Assembly: GCF_006345805.1 (NCBI RefSeq)
Contig: NW_021824970.1
Span: 1 to 17,139, forward strand
Reading direction: 5' to 3'
Length of the DNA: 17,139 nucleotides
Origin: Octopus sinensis
Lineage: Eukaryota
The translations under genes were made by a program, and so were the position numbers. Positions within the stretch are counted from its first letter, which is position 1; the number at the start of each line of letters is the position of its first letter. Below the pieces are notes generated by a model, which saw only the letters and a list, made by a program, of their open reading frames with translations, was not told where the DNA came from and made no database searches. This document shows, one piece after another, positions 10,016 to 17,139 of this stretch.

Positions 10016-10063
10016 AACACAACGTTTCGTTTCGGATATACTCTCCAGCCTTCTTCAGGTGTC
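10016..10063 (-). ncRNA. Degenerate minimal type-I hammerhead ribozyme motif
   Basis: Minus strand: GACAC CUGAAGA A GGCUG GAGAGUAUAU CC GAAAC GAAA CG UU GUGUU. Core, stem I (GACAC/GUGUU) and palindromic AACGUU are present; stem II is damaged (CAG lost, GAAAC duplicated). Confidence 0.6.
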
Positions 10064-10191
10064 TTGGGGAAATTTCGAATAATAACAATAATGATAACAA
10101 CAACAACAACAACAACAGCAATAACAATAACAATAATAATAACATCGAAAAATACCTTAGGAATGAGAACCCAGGTTCGAAAATTCCCCAA

Positions 10192-10229
10192 GACACCTGA
10201 TGAAGGCTGGAAGGTATATCAGCCGAAAC
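10192..10229 (+). ncRNA. Truncated minimal type-I hammerhead ribozyme motif
   Basis: GACAC CUGAUGA A GGCUG GAAGGUAUAU CAGCC GAAAC. Core and 5-bp stem II are intact; the cleavage triplet and 3' strand of stem I are deleted. Confidence 0.6.
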
Positions 10230-10337
10230 AAGATGAGGACAAATATCCGTCAAATCTAAATAATGTAAATAATGTACATAATTCCTCATTTAGATGAATA
10301 TATAAAAATAGAACTGTAAAATCACTTTGTGCCTGAG

Positions 10338-10832
10338 AATGCTGTTCGAATTTTCTCAAAAGATTTAGGAAAAGAATTCAGGCTTGAAAAGTCCGTTATG
10401 TAACGAAGAACATTTGAAGGAAGTCATGGAATTGAAATGCCAAATGGACAAACAATGAAATCAAGCTGAGAAAGGGCAATGGTACAAGTAATTAAAAATA
10501 CGGAATCAGATGTAATAAAGCATGAAGAGATGTGATGCAAAATACAAGGAAGGATTATACATGAGAAATGAGAAAAAATATTACACCGGAAGTTGAATCT
10601 AAGAAATGTTAATTAAAGAATCAATTCAAGCAGTTAATTGATGCAAGTTATCAAAAATGGAATTGGAATTGTGGATTGGTCAAACAACGAAACACAGAAA
10701 CTTGACAGGAAAATTAGAATGCGGTTGAATATATATGGACCCCACTATCCAAAAGTTGATATTATCTAGTTGTATTTGAAGAGAGACCAAGGTGAAAGCG
10801 GCTTAATTGGCGTGGAAGAGTGTGTACAGATG
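10338..10832 (+). mobile_element. Degenerate R4/Dong-clade non-LTR retrotransposon RT C-terminal fragment
   Basis: Translation: NAVRIFSKDLGKEFRLEK..GIEMPNGQTMK..DVIKHEEM..KLN..GIGIVDWSNNETQKLDRKIRMRLNIYGPHYPKVDII*LYLKRDQGESGLIGVEECV. It follows the FS.DI.MEFGL.K, DW...EL..LDRKTR, HPK.D..RLYL.R..GGRGL motif order of this clade. Many stops. Confidence 0.8.
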
Positions 10833-11949
10833 GACCGGCTTACATGATTATTTGTAGGATATATATATCGGAATTGTATACATACATATTACTTACATAA
10901 ACATATTCAATATCATTAAATCAAATACAACTAAAATTTCTTTCACCGTTGTTGACAAACATTTCTAATTTTTTTATCTCCCAAACATGGCGTAAAACAT
11001 TTAATAGGAACAATGATAATGCTAGTTATACCTGCAGCTGTAACGTTAGAATATCTTATTAAAGATATCAGTTCATACACGGGTAGACAGCACTACGTGT
11101 TTTTATAGAAATAAACAGTCTGACACTTCACCTACTTAATCAGCAAATATCAAACTTATAATTAGATTCACAAGTTAATGCTATTTATAGTTCTAGTAAT
11201 AGGATCGGCAGCTATCACATTACATATCTTTGCATCCAGTGACTATATATATTGATCACGCAAGCAACCCTGCTCCAAGCAACGAAGTTAATAAGCAGCC
11301 ATCCAGACTCAGATATTAAGATAAAGATCTCCGTAATTGTTAATTTGAAGAGTTATGTTCCCTCGACCGTAAATGTAATGCAAAAGTTTTAATTTACCAA
11401 ATCGAATCCACTCTTCTCTTCGGGGCCTACTATATATAGCAAATTACACATTGTTATGTATGAAGGATCTTTCAAGACTGATTATATAAATCAATTTCAA
11501 ATTCGCCACAGCTTTATCTAACAACTTTTGGCAATTAAAGAAGTGTCTAGCAAATTTTAAAATATCTTGATGGATATTAGTATTTTTGTAATAAATAGAT
11601 TAACGCGAAGAACTATTTGTAACAACTATAACGAGAGACATCAAAGAAATTAAATAGAAAAACTAAAGAAATGAATTAAACGAGCTAATTAGGCCACTCG
11701 CACTACTTTGAGTTACCGGATGTAGATCGCCATTACGCCCGAAGCTTAACAAGGGCAATCCCAGGTGCAGCCAGCCAGAACCCCCGTAATACGATGCCTC
11801 ATTAGTACTGCATCATCTTTTCTATCGGCCACCGCCATCTGATGATTGTCTTCAGGAATGAAAGTTTCAGTAATTACGAAGATGTGACAGATTATGAACT
11901 ATAGCAAAAGTGAACTTTCTCTTAGTACACCATCGTGACTACGCATACG

Positions 11950-12406
11950 TGTATGTATGTATGTATGTATGTATGTATGTATGTATGTATGTATGTATGT
12001 ATGTATGTACGTATGTACGTATGTATGTATGTATGTATGTATGTATGTATGTATGTATGTATGTATGCATGAACGTATGTATGTATGTATGTATGTATGC
12101 ATGCATGCATGTAGTTGTATGTATGCATGCATGCATATATCATGTAGTATGTATGTATGTATGTATGTATGTATGTATGTATGGCATGCATGTTGTATGT
12201 ATGTATGTATGTATGCATGCATGTATGTATGTATGTATGTATGTATGTATGTATGTATGTATGTATGTATGGTATGTAGTATGTATGTATGTATGCATGC
12301 ATGTATGATGCTGCATGCATGCATGTATGTATGTATGTATGTATGTTGTATGTATGCATTATGTATGTATGTATGTATGTATGTATGCATGTATGTATGT
12401 ATGTAT
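11950..12406. repeat. (TATG)n microsatellite with CATG variants, about 450 bp
   Basis: Directly visible. Confidence 0.95.
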
Positions 12407-12514
12407 GGTTGGTTGGCTTTATCGATGGACTCCAAGAAGGAACACATTATTACAATATGATTACTAAGGGAAATCTATGTACTTCTAACGCCTTTCTTAG
12501 TTTTTTTATCCCAG

Positions 12515-12558
12515 CTACCGACGAGTACAGATTTGACCGTTCCGATTTTCTCTTATGA
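12515..12558 (+). CDS. MyoD: Probable terminal coding exon of MyoD-family gene: (A)TDEYRFDRSDFLL*
   Basis: Branch-point-like TTCTAAC at 12483-12489, pyrimidine tract, CCCAG| acceptor. Phase-1 entry is compatible with the 7886-7960 exon; TGA at 12556-12558. No homology evidence for this peptide, and a competing AG lies at 12499-12500. Confidence 0.6.
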
Positions 12559-12604
12559 ATATTTGAGTCTTTTTGTATGAAACTAATTATATAACAACAT
12601 AAAT

Positions 12605-12610
12605 AATAAA
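12605..12610 (+). promoter_or_regulatory. Candidate polyadenylation signal AATAAA
   Basis: Canonical hexamer 47 nt after the stop codon; common by chance in AT-rich DNA. Confidence 0.25.
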
Positions 12611-12850
12611 AAAAGCTATAATCCATTTTAACATCTAATCTCCTCCATTACATAAATAGGAGCGAATTTGTTGAATTCTTTTTAATAAGTTAAATCATAT
12701 ACTGACTACTCCTATATACGTTTTTCATACCTATATAAATTTACATTAGTAAATTCAAAAGTAAGGTATGAAGAAACTTTAAAAGTCAATGGAAATTACT
12801 CCACTTAAAGATCGAATTCACATTCAGCCATTCAAAAATGTATATATATA

Positions 12851-13012
12851 CGGCAGGTTTCTTTCCGTTTCTATCTTACAAATCCGTCCACAAGGGTTTG
12901 GTTAGCCCGAGGATATGGTAGAAGATACTTGCCAAGGTACCATTCAGTGGGACCGAACCCGGAAAGATGTGGTTGGGGAGCAAGCTTCTTACCACACAGC
13001 AACGCCTGCACC
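12851..13012 (-). mobile_element. tRNA-derived SINE (family B, CORE-like), 5' portion
   Basis: Minus strand: GGTGCAGGCGTTGCTGTGTGGTAAGAAGCTTGC...GGGTTCGGTCCC (A/B boxes) then CCTTGGCAAGTATCTTCTA. Matches the + strand copy at 14857. Confidence 0.85.
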
Positions 13013-13029
13013 ATTATATTATATATATA

Positions 13030-13225
13030 AATGTGACCTCGGGTGTACCGTTGGCGATTTTTTGTTCCTCTGTCTTCCCTTCTCTGGATCTTTCCTTCTC
13101 CTATGTTTCCGACGAAGAGCTCCGCTCGAAACGTTAAACCCTCCTTCTTTCCTGAGCGTCCAATAATACTATATTTGTTCCACGTCCTCGCGTTGTTGTG
13201 TTTTTTTGTGCTGTCTTGTTTGGAT

Positions 13226-13229
<4 letters not shown>
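13030..13229 (+). mobile_element. Short hammerhead-bearing element (Penelope pLTR-like), second family, embedded in (TA)n
   Basis: About 200 bp of pyrimidine-rich sequence with a central hammerhead motif, flanked on both sides by TA tracts. Class inferred from the ribozyme architecture. Confidence 0.6.
13105..13139 (+). ncRNA. Minimal type-I hammerhead ribozyme motif with a core substitution
   Basis: GUUU CCGACGA A GAGC UCC GCUC GAAA CG UU AAAC: stem I GUUU/AAAC, stem II GAGC/GCUC, palindromic AACGUU stem III. Core reads CCGACGA instead of CUGACGA. Confidence 0.65.
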
Positions 13230-13282
<53 letters not shown>

Positions 13283-13287
13283 ATATG

Positions 13288-13318
<31 letters not shown>

Positions 13319-13495
13319 TATGTGTGTGTGTGTATATGACTCTGTGTGTGTTTGTATGTGTTACCGTGTGTGAAAATATATTAAGTATACTTAAATATAT
13401 GTATGTATATATATTATATGTAATATATATGTGTATGCATATATATATATATATAATGTGTGTGCGCACATACATATACACATACACACACACAT
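13230..13495. repeat. (TA)n/(TG)n/(CA)n compound microsatellite
   Basis: Directly visible. Confidence 0.95.
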
Positions 13496-13764
13496 AGACA
13501 TCCTACTTTCTCAATTTCGTGCTATCACTCTTCTTCTCATCCCTCCTCTTACCTCACCCTCTCCTCCTCGCTCCGAACTTCTCCGTGTCTGTCATTTATA
13601 TCTGGTTTCTTTAACAACTCTATTTAGAAGTTATATACGTCATTCTCGTCTATAGATTCAGTAAGAGGAATGGTTACAGAGACGTGGGCTTTTCACCCAA
13701 GGGGGTCCGGTTCTTCTTTTCCAAGCTTTCCCATTACAAGCTGGAATCTCAATCAGTCACTATA

Positions 13765-13774
13765 TTATTATCAA

Positions 13775-13869
<95 letters not shown>

Positions 13870-13988
13870 TTATATTATTATTATTATGATATTATTATTA
13901 TTATTATTATCATCATTATTATTATTATTATATTATATTATTAGTATTATTATTATCATTATCATTATTATTATTATTATCAATATTA

Positions 13989-14058
<70 letters not shown>

Positions 14059-14110
14059 ATTATTATTATTATTATTATTATAATTATTGTTATTATTATT
14101 ATTATTGCTG
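13765..14110. repeat. (ATT)n with (GTT)n block
   Basis: Directly visible. Confidence 0.95.
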
Positions 14111-14324
14111 TTATCGATATTGTTGTCATTGATGCGGTTGTAATTGTTGCTGCTGTTTCTTTTTGTTTGTTTTTGTTATGATGTTGTCATCCTTGTTGTT
14201 AAAAACGGAGTTACAGAGCTGTCCAATTCTCATTGCACTACTCTCCCTCTCTCTCTCTATCTCTCTCTACCGCACAGCACCATACAAAAACTACAACAAA
14301 ACAACAAATAAAGCGCATATGCTT

Positions 14325-14365
<41 letters not shown>

Positions 14366-14850
14366 AGTAATTATGTGTGTGCACATGTATATATATATAT
14401 ATATATAGATATATATATATATATAATATATATAAAAGTATGAAAAGTAAATTTAATACAAAATTTTAACAACTCTTGGGAACACATTGTATAGTAAAAC
14501 AGCCAACGTGCGTGTTTACGTATATGTGTTTATGTGTATACATGGGAGTACGTATGTGTATGTGTGAGTGTGTGGAAGCGTGTGTCTGTATGTACGTATA
14601 TGATGAGCGTGTGTGTGTATATATATATATATATACATTTATTAAAGGTGTGTGTTTGTGTGTAGATATATTTGCTCATATAGATACATGTCTGGATATA
14701 GTTATGTGTGCTTAATGTATATGTGTATATGTGTGTGTTTGAGACTATGTGTATCATCTACTTGCGAGTTGATATAAATACATGTGTGTATAGAGTGAGT
14801 GTGTGTGTGTATATTTATACATATATGTGTACATATGTGCGTACGTGTGT
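14325..14850. repeat. (CA)n, (TA)n and degenerate (TG)-rich low-complexity region
   Basis: Directly visible. Confidence 0.85.
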
Positions 14851-14856
14851 ATTTGA

Positions 14857-14980
14857 TGTGTGGTAAGTAGCTTGCTTTCCAAAAACATGGTTCCAAGTTC
14901 AGTCCCATTGCTTCCTAGCACCTTGGGCAAGTGTCTTCTACTATAGCCTCGGGTCGACCAAAGCTGAAAGAAACCCGTCG

Positions 14981-15013
<33 letters not shown>

Positions 15014-15290
15014 TATGTGTGTGTGTGTGTGTGTTTGCGTGTGTGTGTATGTATTTATATGTATTATATGCATATGCTTACGTGCCTGTTTCTTCCCTCC
15101 CCACCATCGCATGACAATTGATGTTCGTGTGTTTATGTCCCCGTTACTTAGCTGTTGGACGAAAAATGACCGATAGAATAAATACTAGGCTTACAAAGAA
15201 TAAGTCCCGGGTGCGATTTGTTCAACTAAAGTCGGTGCTCCAAGAATATGTGCAGTCAGATGACTGAAACAAACGAAAGAATAAAGGAAT
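14857..15290 (+). mobile_element. Near full-length family-B SINE with internal (TA)n(TG)n tract and AAAGAAT-type tail
   Basis: Head TGTGTGGTAAGTAGCTTGC...AAGTTCAGTCCC; CORE-like CACCTTGGGCAAGTGTCTTCT; internal microsatellite about 14981-15060; 3' part ending GATGACTGAAACAAACGAAAGAATAAAGGAAT (3' part assigned from recollection of the family). About 30 nt present in the 12851 copy are missing after CCAAAGC. Confidence 0.8.
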
Positions 15291-15712
15291 ATATATATAT
15301 ATATATATATAATATATATAGATATAATATATATTAATATATATATTATATATATGTATGTATATTTATATATAATATATATATATAATATTATACATAT
15401 ATATATATGTATGTATCTATGTATTTATTATATATATATATATATATATGTATGTATATATATATATATATGTAGGTATGTATGTATACATATATATATA
15501 TTATATATATATATATATGATATAGTTATATAATATATGTATGTATGGATATGTATGTATGTATATATATATAATACACATACATACATATATATATATA
15601 TATATATGGAAATATACATATATATATTATGAAATATATATATATATTCGTATATTATATAAATATATAAATTTCATACATATACATGCACACATACATA
15701 CACTCACTCACA

Positions 15713-15758
<46 letters not shown>
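15288..15758. repeat. (TA)n/(TATG)n/(CA)n compound microsatellite
   Basis: Directly visible. Confidence 0.95.
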
Positions 15759-15759
<1 letters not shown>

Positions 15760-16227
15760 TCGCTACTTCCATATGCCTTTGCATTCTCTGTTTAAACACG
15801 TCAACGATAGATGGAAAAAAAAAGAACAACAACCTCCAGAAATTTATTTTAAAATGGCGATTGCAGGCAACGCATTTGTCCGAAGCAACAAAAACAAACG
15901 AATGGAAACTGTTTTTTAAACGGGAACCCCATGGGAGGGATCAGTGTGATGTCAACAAGACCCTATAACAGCGATCAAATGTAACCTTATATAACCCTTC
16001 GCCATTCTCAACATCAATTTGCCGCTTCGTTTCTCCTCTCGTTTATCACTATGCTCCCGCTGCCACTTTTTTTCTCCTCTTTCACTTCGTTTCATTTCTT
16101 GTCGATTTTCGTTTATATTTTTTGAAACTTATACGTATTCATTCTTTTCTGACTATTTAGTTAACATAATTATTTAAATTAACCGTGGACTCACAGCTTA
16201 ATATTCTGTTTCTGTTTAGTTGTTCAC

Positions 16228-16236
16228 CTCTGACTC

Positions 16237-16305
<69 letters not shown>

Positions 16306-16338
16306 GCTATTATTGTTGTTGTTCTTTATCATCATCAC

Positions 16339-16379
<41 letters not shown>

Positions 16380-16451
16380 CCATTATTATTATTATTATTA
16401 TCATTATTATTATTATTATTATTGTTGTTATTATTATTATTATTATGATTG

Positions 16452-16490
<39 letters not shown>

Positions 16491-16525
16491 TATTATATTT
16501 TATTATTATATTATTATTACTATTG
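16228..16525. repeat. (ATT)n/(CAT)n microsatellite
   Basis: Directly visible. Confidence 0.95.
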
Positions 16526-16541
16526 TTAATACACTTATTAA

Positions 16542-16930
16542 GGCGGTAAGCTGGCAGAATCGTTAGTAAGTCCTGAGCAAAATGCTTAGCGGTATTTCGT
16601 CTGCCGTTACGTTCTGAGTTCAAATTCCGCCGAGGTCAACTTTGCCTTTCATTCTTTCGAGGTTGATAAATTAAGTACCAGTTACGCACTGGGGTCGATA
16701 TAATCGACTTAATTCGTCTGTCTGTCCTTGTTTGTCCTCCTCTGTGTTTAGCCCCTTGTGGCTAGTAAAGAAATAGGTATTGCGTCCGCCTTCACGTTCT
16801 GAGTTCAGACTCCACCTTTCATCCTTTCGGGGTCGATAAACTAAGTACCAGCTGAGCACTGCGAGGGTGGGGGGAGCAGTGAGGTAGGTCGGTTCTGAAA
16901 TTGCTGGCATTGTACCAAAATCTGAAACCA
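16542..16930 (+). mobile_element. Dimeric family-A SINE (monomer, linker, 5'-truncated monomer, tail)
   Basis: Head GGCGGTAAGCTGGCAGAATCGTTAG; linker about 16710-16777; restart at GGTATTGCGTCC; tail GCTGGCATTGTACCAAAATCTGAAACC. Sits between ATT/CAT tracts. Confidence 0.9.
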
Positions 16931-17083
16931 TTATCATCATTATCATTACTATAATTATTATTATCATGATCATCAAGATCATCATGATAATGATCATCAT
17001 CATGATTATCATCATCATCATTGTTGTTGTTGTCATTGTCTTCCCTCTGCTCCTTTGCCTCCCCCCCTTTTCCTCCTTATTGC

Positions 17084-17119
<36 letters not shown>

Positions 17120-17120
17120 T
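16931..17120. repeat. Degenerate (CAT/ATT)n low-complexity tract
   Basis: Directly visible. Confidence 0.9.
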
Positions 17121-17139
17121 GTTGTCATTCTCCCCCTAC

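Larger units (their letters stand above)
9923..10318. mobile_element. Inverted pair of a hammerhead-bearing short element (Penelope pLTR-like or HHR-SINE-like)
   Basis: 9938-10079 is the reverse complement of 10176-10289 (GAGGAATTA..GTACATTATTTACATTATTTA..TTTGACGGATATTTGTCCTCATCT...CCAGCCTTC.TCAGGTGTCTTGGGGAA.TTTCGAA). A further shared end motif TTCTATATT/AATAGAA flanks both arms. Spacer of 96 nt contains (AAC/AAT)n. Confidence 0.8.

Noticed and set aside
11693-11764. Possible 72-nt phase 1-1 exon (G)HSHYFELPDVDRHYARSLTRAIP with CAG|GTGCAG donor
   Set aside because: The acceptor is preceded by purine-rich sequence with no pyrimidine tract, and the peptide is unrecognised. It would need junction reads to revive.
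11839-11870. CTGATGA...GAAA hammerhead-like spacing
   Set aside because: No convincing stem II and no stem I complementarity around the putative cleavage site.
15851-15859. YY1-like AAAATGGCG in unique sequence 15770-16220
   Set aside because: A single short motif with no CpG island, exon or other promoter support.

Overview
AT-rich, microsatellite-dense eukaryotic genomic DNA. The SINE families and repeat landscape match my recollection of octopus (coleoid cephalopod) genomes; this is not verified by a search. Almost all supplied ORFs are microsatellite artefacts. The real coding content is three small + strand exons (4192-4273, 7886-7960, 12515-12558) that splice in frame to TVNSPQQYYSEKLHHLGEIPNNYNPQNGYEQLSSGVSSLDCLSLIVESISPTATDEYRFDRSDFLL*. 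This contains the helix III motif (VSSLDCLSLIVESIS) of MyoD-family myogenic regulators; the bHLH exon is not in the window and presumably lies upstream. Introns and flanks hold a Tc1/mariner remnant, an L1/Tx1-type LINE fragment, an R4/Dong-type LINE fragment, head-to-tail arrays of a tRNA-derived SINE, two copies of a second (CORE-like) SINE, and two different short elements carrying minimal type-I hammerhead ribozyme motifs of the Penelope kind, one of them as an inverted pair inside the last intron.
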